Assembly: GCA_020051845.1 (NCBI GenBank)
Contig: JAGVQG010000056.1
Span: 1-59,942, forward strand
Direction: 5' to 3'
Length of the DNA stretch: 59,942 bases
DNA from: an archaeon
Lineage (GTDB): Archaea > Nanobdellota > Nanobdellia > Woesearchaeales > ARS49
A program made the translations under genes and the position numbers. The notes beneath the pieces were generated by a model. The model saw only the letters and a program-made list of their open reading frames with translations. It did not search any database and had not been told where the DNA came from. Positions 7,972 to 16,861 of this stretch are shown in pieces (within the stretch, counting starts at the first letter, position 1; every line of letters begins with the position of its first letter).

Positions 7972-8697
7972 TCACTCTTTCGCCGTCTTCCAGAGCAGTT
8001 CAAAGAAGTTTTGATATCCGCGCGCCATCTCTTTGTTCCGAATGACTATCGCGATAGGTTTCTCGCTCCACAAAACCAAGGCGACGTTGTCGCCATAGAC
8101 GTTGATCGCCGCTGGCCCCATGAATTGCTCAGGCAGGAATCTCACCTGGGAAAGAGGTATCTTGCCAAGTGTCTTCTTTGCGCTTTCCTCGAATATTACT
8201 TTGACATTGACCTTGGCCTTCTTCCTGCGTTCGTCGAACCATTTGAAGTACCAGCGCATCGTCTCATAGGATTTCGCGCTGCTGCTCACGATGAGTATCT
8301 CTTTTCCCGTGCGCAATTGGTCCTCGAACGCGGTCTTGAGCCCCTGTTTTCCTTCGAAGAGCAATGTCTCCTGCTTGGCTTCAGTGAGATTCCAGCGGCC
8401 TTGCAGAGTCAACACCGCTTCCGATAGGCGTTTCTTCCTCTCATCGACCATCTCGAGCAGCCTGTCAGGCCTTACTGCCTCGAAGTTCTTGCGGTTGTTC
8501 TTGGTGATGTGGCCGACTAAACCCTTCGCGACAAGCCTTTCGGTCGCGTCATAAGCGAGACGGCGATGCACTCCTGCACGTCGAGAAAGCTCTCCGGCAG
8601 AGCACATTCCACCGTCGACAAGAGCCAGATACACCTTAATCTCGATGGGCGTGAGCCCTTCATCGCTAAGAACGGATTCCATTGTCATAGAACTCAA
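7972..8697 (-). CDS. TrmB-family transcriptional regulator
   Basis: The N-terminal wHTH (LTPIEIKVYLALVDGGMCSAGELSRRAGVHRRLAYDATERLVAKGLV) is typical of TrmB-like regulators. Confidence 0.75.
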   Translation of the reverse strand: MSSMTMESVLSDEGLTPIEIKVYLALVDGGMCSAGELSRRAGVHRRLAYDATERLVAKGLVGHITKNNRKNFEAVRPDRLLEMVDERKKRLSEAVLTLQGRWNLTEAKQETLLFEGKQGLKTAFEDQLRTGKEILIVSSSAKSYETMRWYFKWFDERRKKAKVNVKVIFEESAKKTLGKIPLSQVRFLPEQFMGPAAINVYGDNVALVLWSEKPIAIVIRNKEMARGYQNFFELLWKTAKE

Positions 8698-8927
8698 TAA
8701 TCAATCCAGATTCATAAGTTTTGTGGTGATGATGTCTATCACAATAAAACAGTAACGTTTTTTAGTGAGTATGTTCTTATGTGTTAAAATGAAAACACTA
8801 ACAACAAAAGAGGAATCCTGTGAAGATGTATTTGATATCCCCTATTCAATCGCAGGTAAATTCAAGGGTCTGAAGTGGAATAAATCAGAAGATAGAATGA
8901 GTTCAAGAGAATTTTGATTTTTAGCTT

Positions 8928-10229
8928 CTAAACTATCGTCCCGTATCCGATCAACCGCCATCTCTTTCCTACGTTGCGCGAGATCGTCACGCGCGATCCC
9001 TTTGTCGCGCACACCGGCCGCCTCAAAGGTATCTTGACAAGGCCTTTGCCCGTCTCGGACACCACTCCGACCGTCGCCGCGCTGTTCACGTTGAGCATGA
9101 GTATCTCTGTCTTGTGTATTGGATCGACGACCAGGCTGTCCTTTGCTCCGACGACTCTTTCAAGAAGGTGCGGCTCGAGCGTGAGCGTTGACAACACAGG
9201 TGGCGTCATTCCCGGCAATCCAATGACCGCTCCGACGAGCTTGTCGCTCTTGATGATGGACGGGTCGAGTCCGGTCATCAGGCCTATGCTTCCACCAGGC
9301 CTTGCCTGGTCGACGGATTTTCCACCGGCCATTATGCTCATGATCTTCGTCGTCAAAGGCTTCCATACTTTCTGGTTGCGTTCCTCGACCTCATAGCCAG
9401 GCATTATCTCGACTTCCATGCCGACCTTGAACACGCCTTGCTTGATCGCTCCACCAAGGACTCCGCCGACCATCTTCTTGGGCGTGGTGCCTGGCTTGTT
9501 GACATCGAAGCTGCGCGCCACGAACATTATCGGTTCCTTGGTGGCGTCGCGCTGCGGCGTCGGTATGAACTTCTGGAACGCTTCGATGAGCAGGTCTATG
9601 TTTAGGCTGTGTTTGGCGGCCACCGGGATGATCGGTGCATCGGCGAATGGCGATGCCTTGAGGAATTCACGTATCTGCGCCTGGTTCTTCTTCGCCTGGT
9701 CGACCGAGACAAGGTCGATCTTGTTCTGCACGACTATGACATTGGTGATGCCCATGATCGTCAACGCATGCATATGTTCGCGTGTCTGCGGCTGTGGACA
9801 TTCCTCATTGGCAGCCACAAGCAGCAAGGCTCCGTCCATTATGTTAGCACCCGATAGCATGGTCGCCATCAGGCTTTCATGGCCTGGCGCATCCACAAGG
9901 GACACCTTGCGTACGTGTTCTGTGGGCTTGCCTTCGATCTCTGGCTTGAGTGTCCATTGTTCAGGGCCTTCCTTGCCAGGTATCCTGTAGATATCTATAT
10001 CTGCGTAGCCGAGCTTTATCGTGATTCCACGCTTCAATGATTCAGAATGTGTGTCTGTCCACTTGCCGCTTAGTGCCTGCACAAGGGTGGTCTTACCATG
10101 GTCGACGTGGCCGACCATACCTATGCTGACCTCTGGCTGCGTGCTGGATGCATTGGCCTTGGCTTCTATCTTATCCTCGGTCGCCGCTGGTTGTTCAGTG
10201 TCCGCCTTCGCGGTCTTCTTCTTAGCCAT
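8928..10229 (-). CDS. eif2g: translation initiation factor aIF2 gamma subunit
   Basis: GHVDHGKTTL G1 motif, DAPGH and NKIDL. Domain II/III-like C-terminus. Confidence 0.95.
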   Translation of the reverse strand: MAKKKTAKADTEQPAATEDKIEAKANASSTQPEVSIGMVGHVDHGKTTLVQALSGKWTDTHSESLKRGITIKLGYADIDIYRIPGKEGPEQWTLKPEIEGKPTEHVRKVSLVDAPGHESLMATMLSGANIMDGALLLVAANEECPQPQTREHMHALTIMGITNVIVVQNKIDLVSVDQAKKNQAQIREFLKASPFADAPIIPVAAKHSLNIDLLIEAFQKFIPTPQRDATKEPIMFVARSFDVNKPGTTPKKMVGGVLGGAIKQGVFKVGMEVEIMPGYEVEERNQKVWKPLTTKIMSIMAGGKSVDQARPGGSIGLMTGLDPSIIKSDKLVGAVIGLPGMTPPVLSTLTLEPHLLERVVGAKDSLVVDPIHKTEILMLNVNSAATVGVVSETGKGLVKIPLRRPVCATKGSRVTISRNVGKRWRLIGYGTIV

Positions 10230-10508
10230 TCATCTCAAAGCCAGAACAGGTTATTTATAAAGCTTCGGTAATGACAGAACATGGACTGGTCGGTAATGCT
10301 TATGCCGGATTCTGCCGCACATCCTCGACCACTTCCTGGACGATGTGTACCGTCGGAAGCTGGACATCACGGACGCGCATATGAGAAAACGGTCCAATGG
10401 TCAATTAGCGGAGCGTTTCCGGCGATTCCGTACCACTTGCGGCGTTTCCGCATACGCTCCGTGTTGGCGACCACAACACATGAAAAGCAAGACCGCATCG
10501 ATCATATC

Positions 10509-10742
10509 ATGGCGAAGAACGAACAAGCGATAACCTACCTGATAATCAGCATCGTGCTTTTCACGCTGATGATCATCCACATCTTTCAGGCGTTCCCGCT
10601 GAGCACCGACAAGTTCGCGTTTTTCCTTGTGAGCCTTTTCACGACGGTGATGCTGATCCCCATGCTCAAATACCTGAAGTTCTTTGATATAGTGGAACTC
10701 AGGCGTTCTTACAAGACGTTGGAAAAAGAGAGGAGAACCTGA
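10509..10742 (+). CDS. small membrane protein (77 aa, about two TM segments)
   Basis: MAKNEQAITYLIISIVLFTLMIIHIF...LVSLFTTVMLIPML. The upstream part of the 153-aa ORF looks non-coding. Confidence 0.4.
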   Translation: MAKNEQAITYLIISIVLFTLMIIHIFQAFPLSTDKFAFFLVSLFTTVMLIPMLKYLKFFDIVELRRSYKTLEKERRT

Positions 10743-11085
10743 ACTGCCGTGGTTTTCCGGAATATCTCGGCATGTCGCAAAGATACGCGAGTTCTTCGCC
10801 TCCATCACGCCACAGAAGAAGGTGCACTTGTTTGTCGTGTACGACAACACCGTTGACAACCCATGGTTCTCCGTAATTTCGCCCTTCTCCCGGCCAGTTG
10901 TGGTGCAATAAATAGATGCGTCGCTCAAGGTCGTAATGATATCTCAATGCGCTCAGTTCCCGCACTGAATCGATCCGTTTCGAGCGGGTGCATTCAGTCA
11001 ACGCGGATAGCGCAAGCTTTTGTAGATATTCCAGGTCCAGTGAGCGATGACGCAGGTCGTATGGAAGGTCCCTTATGAAGTTCAT
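10699..11085 (-). CDS. hypothetical protein coupled to the phosphohexomutase gene
   Basis: 128 aa from ATG 11085, which overlaps the upstream stop (ATGA). No motif recognised. Confidence 0.45.
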   Translation of the reverse strand: MNFIRDLPYDLRHRSLDLEYLQKLALSALTECTRSKRIDSVRELSALRYHYDLERRIYLLHHNWPGEGRNYGEPWVVNGVVVHDKQVHLLLWRDGGEELAYLCDMPRYSGKPRQFRFSSLFPTSCKNA

Positions 11086-12401
11086 TCCTTGATCAGCCCG
11101 GTTATCTCTTTCAAGCGTCTCTCCAGTTCCTTCTTGTTCCTGGCTTCTACGTTGAGACGAAGCAAAGGTTCGGTGTTCGAGGGCCGCACATTGAACCACC
11201 AATCGGAGAACTCGACGCTGACGCCATCAAGTTCGGATATCTTTCCATCACGGTATTCGTTCTTGAGTTGCGCTATCTTCGCATCCTTGTCCTTGACCTC
11301 GAAGTTGATCTCGCCACTAGGATAATACTTCTTCAAAGGCTTGACCAATTCAGACAGCTTTCTGCCTGACGATGAGACCAGGCCCGCCATCAGCACAAGT
11401 GTGATGTCGCCGCTATCAGCGTAACTGTTGGACGCGTAATAGTAATGACCTGACAATTCACCCGCGAATATGGCGTTCGTCTGCCGCATCTTCTCCTTGA
11501 TGAAGCTGTGGCCGACGCGGGTCACGACGGCCTTGCCACCTAGCGCCGCGATCTGTTCCTTAACGGACCAGGATGAACGCAGGTCGTACAATATCGTCGA
11601 TTCGGGGTTCTTCTTCAGCAATTGCTCCGCGATGAGCGCGGTTATCAGATCAGCGGCTATCTGTTCGCCTTTCTCGTCTATGAAGAACACCCTATCGCAG
11701 TCAGCGTCGTAGGCGACGCCGAAATCCGCATTTGTGGAGAGCACTTTCTTCTTGAGGCTGTCAGTCGCCCCTTCGACCAATGGATTCGGCCCACGGCCGG
11801 GGAAGTTGCCGTCTGGTTCGAAATATAGCGGCACTATCTCTATGCCCGTGCTCTTCGCTATCTTTTCGATCGCGATGCTTGCGGCGCCGTTGCCAGCGTC
11901 AACGACGATCTTGATCTTGCCGATGCCGTGGGCGTATGCCGCGACATCTTCGACGAACTCATCCAATATGTCGACCTGGCGCACAGTGCCTTTCTTGGCC
12001 GATTGCTTGGGATTGCCAACCATCGACTTCTCGATGTCTTTGAGGCCGCTGTCTGATCCTATAGGTATGGCGCCTTTGCGGCACAACTTGAAGCCGTTGT
12101 ATTCCTTTGGCGTGTGGCTCGCCGTGATCATAGCAGCGTCTCCCTTGCGGCTGGCATAGTAGAGCATGTTGGTCGAGCAGACGCCGATGTCCTCGACATC
12201 ACAGCCTTGGTCGACCAGTCCTTGCACGAAGCGCGAATGCAATGCCGCGCTTGAGTTGCGCACGTCGCGTCCAACTATCAATTTCTTGGCCTTCAAGAAG
12301 ACCACGAGCGCTCTCGCAAGCGTGTAAGCGAAACCATCGTTCAATTCAGATGGATAGATGCCCCGTATATCGTATGCCTTGAATACTCCCAAAACATTCA
12401 C
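11082..12401 (-). CDS. glmM: phosphoglucosamine mutase / phosphomannomutase family (alpha-D-phosphohexomutase)
   Basis: Active-site loop TASHTPKEYNGFK and metal loop DADCDR. Confidence 0.88.
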   Translation of the reverse strand: MNVLGVFKAYDIRGIYPSELNDGFAYTLARALVVFLKAKKLIVGRDVRNSSAALHSRFVQGLVDQGCDVEDIGVCSTNMLYYASRKGDAAMITASHTPKEYNGFKLCRKGAIPIGSDSGLKDIEKSMVGNPKQSAKKGTVRQVDILDEFVEDVAAYAHGIGKIKIVVDAGNGAASIAIEKIAKSTGIEIVPLYFEPDGNFPGRGPNPLVEGATDSLKKKVLSTNADFGVAYDADCDRVFFIDEKGEQIAADLITALIAEQLLKKNPESTILYDLRSSWSVKEQIAALGGKAVVTRVGHSFIKEKMRQTNAIFAGELSGHYYYASNSYADSGDITLVLMAGLVSSSGRKLSELVKPLKKYYPSGEINFEVKDKDAKIAQLKNEYRDGKISELDGVSVEFSDWWFNVRPSNTEPLLRLNVEARNKKELERRLKEITGLIKE

Positions 12402-12502
12402 CTCTGAAGTGGCATCCTGCGAGCTTGATTAAAAACATTATGGTCCGGATGCCCTGCCATGCGATTGAGAACTTCGACTTGCCGCCGTGGCCTTTCCGAT
12501 TT

Positions 12503-12688
12503 TCACTTACGGAGTTTCGGCATCTCGAGGACCGGGTCTGGCAGGCCGTATTTTCGCGCCCGCGCTTGCTCGAGACTCACGAGTCGCCTGCAGTCGACGC
12601 ACCATTTGCGCATAGGACTGAGGCTTGACACTGCGCAGCCGCATCGCTGGCACAGCACCTGCATGATTTCATCCATGCTATTCTTCAT
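12503..12688 (-). CDS. small zinc-ribbon protein (61 aa)
   Basis: CQRCGC...CVDCRR provides two CxxC pairs. GAGGAAG lies upstream of the ATG. Confidence 0.45.
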   Translation of the reverse strand: MKNSMDEIMQVLCQRCGCAVSSLSPMRKWCVDCRRLVSLEQARARKYGLPDPVLEMPKLRK

Positions 12689-12805
12689 AACCCACCGTCT
12701 TCCTCACGTATTCCTAGAGGAGGTCTTCGGTTTATATTGATTTCTCTTGTAGCGACTTGAGAGTAGTCAAACTATTCTTATAAATGGAGTAAGGATAGTG
12801 CCGAT

Positions 12806-12970
12806 ATGCGAGACGCGCAGAAGAACACGGCCGAATCCTACGCTCGCGAGATGAAGAGACGCGATCAGCGCATAGAGGAACTCGAGGAGGAACTGCGGAT
12901 GATGCGCAAGTTGTTGCTCAAATCTGTGGGTGAGAAGCTCTCCATCACCGACAGGATGAAGAGACGCTAA
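12806..12970 (+). CDS. 54-aa coiled-coil micro-protein (hypothetical)
   Basis: Translated by hand: MRDAQKNTAESYAREMKRRDQRIEELEEELRMMRKLLLKSVGEKLSITDRMKRR. GGAGTAAGG lies upstream. Confidence 0.35.
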   Translation: MRDAQKNTAESYAREMKRRDQRIEELEEELRMMRKLLLKSVGEKLSITDRMKRR

Positions 12971-13677
12971 CCCCACTGTTCTTTCTTGATGCTCGCGGCA
13001 GGGATTTCGCAGAAAAGCAGCGTCTCCTCGACGCCTTTCACGAACGGTTCTGGTCCGCAGACATAATATACCGCGTTCTTGAGGTTGCGGACATGCCTCT
13101 TGATGGTCTCCTCGCCGATCCTGCCGCGGTGTCCTTGCCAGCCACTGTCCTCGGGTTCACGCGTGAGAGTCTGGATATAACAATGATCCGCGAACTTCTG
13201 GCTGCGATGGGTCAACTCATCCTTGTGCAATATGTCGAGCTGCGTGCGCACGGAATAAATCAGCGTCACGCGGGTCTTCATTCCAGAGTCCTGGATGTGA
13301 CGCAGCATGCTCATCATGGGCGCTATTCCTGTGCCGCCAGCAAGCAGCACGACGTCTGCCGGGACGGGCTCCTGCAATACGAAATTGCCATAGGGACCTT
13401 GCACGATGATCTCATCGCCTTCCTCTTTCTTGAAAAGCTCGGTCGTGAACACGCCGACCTTCTGTATCGTGAGCTCTATCGCGTCATCCATCAAAGGACT
13501 GCTCGATATGGAGTATGATCTCGGCCCGCATTTCGGGTTCTCGATGGTGAGTGTGACGAACTGGCCTGGCTTGAACACGATCTTCTCGGGCGTCTTCGGC
13601 TTCAGAGTGAACGCCTTGACGACGGTGTTGTGTCTTTCGATGGACTGGATGATGAATGGCCTTTTCTGGATGTTCAT
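12967..13677 (-). CDS. FNR-family flavoprotein oxidoreductase (FAD/NAD(P)-binding, no Fe-S domain)
   Basis: RSYSISS (RxYS FAD motif) and LLAGGTGIAPM (NAD(P) motif). Coupled to bcp by a 4-nt overlap. Confidence 0.8.
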   Translation of the reverse strand: MNIQKRPFIIQSIERHNTVVKAFTLKPKTPEKIVFKPGQFVTLTIENPKCGPRSYSISSSPLMDDAIELTIQKVGVFTTELFKKEEGDEIIVQGPYGNFVLQEPVPADVVLLAGGTGIAPMMSMLRHIQDSGMKTRVTLIYSVRTQLDILHKDELTHRSQKFADHCYIQTLTREPEDSGWQGHRGRIGEETIKRHVRNLKNAVYYVCGPEPFVKGVEETLLFCEIPAASIKKEQWG

Positions 13678-14147
13678 GTCCTTTCCCCCACGGCCGATAG
13701 CGCCTCTGATGCGTGCCCTTCTGGCACGACCTGCTGGAATATCTTCATTATGTTCCCATCCTCATCGATGATGAATGTCGAGCGGGCCATGCCGAACGAT
13801 GTCTTGCCATCGACCGTGCGCTTGCCCCAGACACCATATAGAGACGCGACCTCATGGTTCTGGTCGGATAGGAGCTTGAATTTCAATGAATGTTTTTGCG
13901 CGAAGCCCGCATGGCTTTCTGCGCTGTCCGGACTCACACCGACAACCATTATCTTGCGTTTCTCGTATTCTTCGCTGCTATCACGGAACGAGCACGCCTG
14001 GGCAGTGCAACCCGGAGTGTCATCCTTCGGGTAGAAGTAAAGCACGACTCGCTGCCCGCGCAATGATGAAAGAGAGATGTCGTTGCCTTTCGCGTCAGAT
14101 AGCTTGAAATCAGGCGCAACATCACCTTCTTTTAGCGTGATTGACAT
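13674..14147 (-). CDS. bcp: peroxiredoxin, Bcp/PrxQ type
   Basis: YFYPKDDTPGCTAQAC peroxidatic/resolving Cys motif. Confidence 0.9.
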   Translation of the reverse strand: MSITLKEGDVAPDFKLSDAKGNDISLSSLRGQRVVLYFYPKDDTPGCTAQACSFRDSSEEYEKRKIMVVGVSPDSAESHAGFAQKHSLKFKLLSDQNHEVASLYGVWGKRTVDGKTSFGMARSTFIIDEDGNIMKIFQQVVPEGHASEALSAVGERT

Positions 14148-14262
14148 AACAGGATGCCTTTTCTTGACGTATAAATGTCTTGCGCACCACAGCCATCAAC
14201 TCAAACTCGTTTGAGGGAATCTATAAAAGAATCTGGTGCCTACTAATGGTCGGGTGAAGACA

Positions 14263-15099
14263 ATGGAACAAGACGACTTCAACAAAACAGATTACATAAA
14301 ACATGAACTCCTTGGTGTTTTCCTTGACGGATTGATCGCGGAATCCATGGCGCAGCGACGCGAGCTTGTGATCATCGAATCACACGCAGGAAAAGGCAAA
14401 CGATACGCTCTGCCGATGGCATCTGTAGTGAATGCGAATTCAGGACACCGTGCTTACAATGACGACACACCCCTGCTGGCCGCGAGGAAGCTGGAGGCTG
14501 CGCGGAAACAGGGCTTGAGATATCAACTCAATCTGCATGAAGGCAAATTGAAGTGCAGGAAGGATCTCAAGACGTTCATGGACAACTACGCCGGACTGCA
14601 TGCTGCCGAGCAAGCCATACAGGTCAAGGACACCCTATTCGAAGAAGCATTGCTGGACTACCAGCTTCGCCGGTCCAATACCGACCATAACTTCGCGATA
14701 TTCATGGATCCTTCGGAAGAAGTCGCCCTGGGATATTACGACGAGAGTATGGTCAAGGGAATACAACATTGGTTGAAGAACGGCCGCGCCGATGTGATGT
14801 TGTACATGACCCAACTGACGCGCAGGGCACCCTATGTGGCACAGCATGACAAAAAATTGGATGCACTACATGATTCCATCGGCCAAAGGGCTGTGGACTT
14901 CTTCCACAAAATGCGCGGCGGAGCCATGGAATCACTAGACCATTTCATAATAACTGTCGACGACAAAGTAGTCGAGAACAGGCTGATCGACACACACATA
15001 CACGCTTTCGGGCAGTTGTTCCCGGGAAAAGTATACGCGGCCAACACGAACAGGACAACGATGGCGACGTCTGCTGGCGGTTATATGCTCATCCCTTGA
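14263..15099 (+). CDS. RlmJ/DUF519-like protein with degenerate catalytic motif
   Basis: TDYIKHELL...VIIESHAGKGKRYAL parallels RlmJ ADVLKH...DTHAGAGRYQL. The expected DPPY position reads MDPSEE. Confidence 0.4.
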   Translation: MEQDDFNKTDYIKHELLGVFLDGLIAESMAQRRELVIIESHAGKGKRYALPMASVVNANSGHRAYNDDTPLLAARKLEAARKQGLRYQLNLHEGKLKCRKDLKTFMDNYAGLHAAEQAIQVKDTLFEEALLDYQLRRSNTDHNFAIFMDPSEEVALGYYDESMVKGIQHWLKNGRADVMLYMTQLTRRAPYVAQHDKKLDALHDSIGQRAVDFFHKMRGGAMESLDHFIITVDDKVVENRLIDTHIHAFGQLFPGKVYAANTNRTTMATSAGGYMLIP

Positions 15100-15117
15100 G
15101 CACGGGCAGTGCGTAAA

Positions 15118-15127
15118 ATCTATATAC
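15118..15127 (+). promoter_or_regulatory. TATA box for sod
   Basis: ATCTATATAC lies about 30 nt upstream of the GTG 15150 / ATG 15159 start, implying a leaderless or near-leaderless mRNA. Confidence 0.4.
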
Positions 15128-15158
15128 GCCGGCTGCGTAAACGGTATCGGTGATACCG

Positions 15159-15761
15159 ATGCCTTACACTTTGAAACCTTTCACATACGCGAAGGATTCC
15201 CTCGAACCGTTCATGGACAGTCGCACTGTCGAGATCCATCATGACAAGCATCATCAGACCTACGTCGACAAGCTCAACGCCGCTGTCGAGAAGCATCCTG
15301 AGCTGTTCAAGAAGTCGCCCGAGGAACTGCTCAAGGATTTGAACGCTGTGCCTGATGACATTCGCGTCGCTGTCAAGAACATGGGAGGCGGTGTCGTCAA
15401 CCACGACTTTTTCTGGTCGATACTAAAGAAGGACGTCAAACCTTCAGGCCTGGTCATCGAAGCCATAAACAAGCAATGGGGTTCGCTCGACGCTTTCAAG
15501 AAAGCCTTCGGTGATGCAGCTGCAGGCGTTTTCGGCAGCGGCTGGACCTGGCTCGTGTCCAACAATGGCAAGCTGGAGATCATGACGACGTCGAACCAGG
15601 ACAGCCCGTTATCTGTCGGCAAGGTCCCGCTTTTGACGATAGATGTCTGGGAGCACGCGTATTATCTGAAGTACATGAACAAGAGGGTCGATTTCATAAG
15701 TGCGTTCTGGAATATCGTGGACTGGGAAAAGGTCGACGAACACTTCTCGAAGGCGAAATGA
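15159..15761 (+). CDS. sod: Fe/Mn superoxide dismutase
   Basis: HHDKHH, DVWEHAYYL. Confidence 0.93.
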   Translation: MPYTLKPFTYAKDSLEPFMDSRTVEIHHDKHHQTYVDKLNAAVEKHPELFKKSPEELLKDLNAVPDDIRVAVKNMGGGVVNHDFFWSILKKDVKPSGLVIEAINKQWGSLDAFKKAFGDAAAGVFGSGWTWLVSNNGKLEIMTTSNQDSPLSVGKVPLLTIDVWEHAYYLKYMNKRVDFISAFWNIVDWEKVDEHFSKAK

Positions 15762-16466
15762 TCAGATAAGCCGGAATTCCGACAATTCACCGTCGTTCTC
15801 TTTCATCATTGCGCTCTTGAGAGCGATTTTCTTCCCAAGTCTGTTCTTGATCAACCATAGGTCTGACGGCACGACGTTCTTTTCGTCGAGTCCGTCTATC
15901 TTGAACCATCGGGCAGGTCCGTCTTCCGATTTGATCGGTGCGCCTTTCGCGCTGACTGTGGTGAAGAACAGGATGAAGCTGTGCTTGATGATGCCATCGC
16001 CTTCGACACGCTCGTGCAGCACTGCGTTGATGGAGCCGAAAACCGGTTCAAGCCCTGTTTTGGTCTTGATGTGCCTGATGCTCGCGTCCTCGAAGCTTTC
16101 CTCAAGAAGCATCTTACCTCCGATGCAGGTCCAGTAGCCCTTGTACGGCCGTTTCCTGCGCCGGATCATCAGGATCCTGTCCTTGTCCACGCACGCGACG
16201 ATCACGACAGGCACAGGCCCTAATTGCTGGCCCGTGATATGCGAGAATATCGGGATGTAGCGTTCCGCGGTCTTGGTGAGATGGTAATTCTCGCCACGTT
16301 TCTCGAGCAAGCCGTCTTTCTGCATCATCGTGAGGTGATAGGCTAGCGCGTTCGACCTTATTCCCAGTGCCTTCTCGATGTCGCTGAACTTGAACTTGGT
16401 CCTGTCGAGGAACAACTCGAATATCTGCTCGCGTTCCTTTTTGACAAGGCTGCCCGTGTATCTCAT
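15762..16466 (-). CDS. winged-HTH (ArsR/MarR-like) fused to a Nudix-fold domain with a degenerate Nudix box
   Basis: N-terminal FSDIEKALGIRSNALAYHLTMMQKDGLLEK. The Nudix box reads G-x5-E-x7-R-H-I-x-T-K-x-G-L, so the REUxEE glutamates are replaced. It is the last gene of the suf operon, with a 4-nt overlap. Confidence 0.65.
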   Translation of the reverse strand: MRYTGSLVKKEREQIFELFLDRTKFKFSDIEKALGIRSNALAYHLTMMQKDGLLEKRGENYHLTKTAERYIPIFSHITGQQLGPVPVVIVACVDKDRILMIRRRKRPYKGYWTCIGGKMLLEESFEDASIRHIKTKTGLEPVFGSINAVLHERVEGDGIIKHSFILFFTTVSAKGAPIKSEDGPARWFKIDGLDEKNVVPSDLWLIKNRLGKKIALKSAMMKENDGELSEFRLI

Positions 16467-16861
16467 TTTTTCCCCTCATATTCGACTATCGCCATCTTGA
16501 GCACCTTGAATCCGAGCAGCGCGCACTTGAGCCGCATGCCTGATATGGGAACGCCTAACAAATCCAACACTTCCTGCTTGTCCATCGCAATGACATCCGC
16601 GACCTTATTGCCTATGATGTTCTCGGTAAGCATGCTTGTCGCTGCTATCGATATCGCGCATCCTTTGCCGTCGAACTTGACATCTTTGATTATGTCTTTC
16701 TTGACAAGAAGCGTGATGCCGACCTCATCACCGCATGCCGTGTTGACGTCATGCGCATGGCCGTTCGCATTCTTGACGACACCACTGTTCTTGGGATTCC
16801 TGAAGTGGTCGAGGATTATCTCCTGGTACATCTGCTCGTTTGGGAACGTTTTGTTATTCAT
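16463..16861 (-). CDS. sufU: SufU/IscU-type Fe-S cluster scaffold / sulfur acceptor
   Basis: LDHFRNPKN, ACGDEV and GKGCAIS conserved Cys motifs. ATG 16861 overlaps the sufS stop. Confidence 0.88.
   Translation of the reverse strand: MNNKTFPNEQMYQEIILDHFRNPKNSGVVKNANGHAHDVNTACGDEVGITLLVKKDIIKDVKFDGKGCAISIAATSMLTENIIGNKVADVIAMDKQEVLDLLGVPISGMRLKCALLGFKVLKMAIVEYEGKK

Noticed and set aside
8726-8742. GTGAT-N7-ATCAC inverted repeat upstream of the TrmB-family gene as an auto-operator
   Set aside because: The arms are only 5 bp in an AT-rich region and do not match the TrmB-type TACT-N7-GAGTA consensus, so it could easily be chance.
12767-12976. 69-aa minus-strand ORF
   Set aside because: The plus-strand 54-aa coiled-coil ORF with an SD in the same interval looks more protein-like, but neither is certain.
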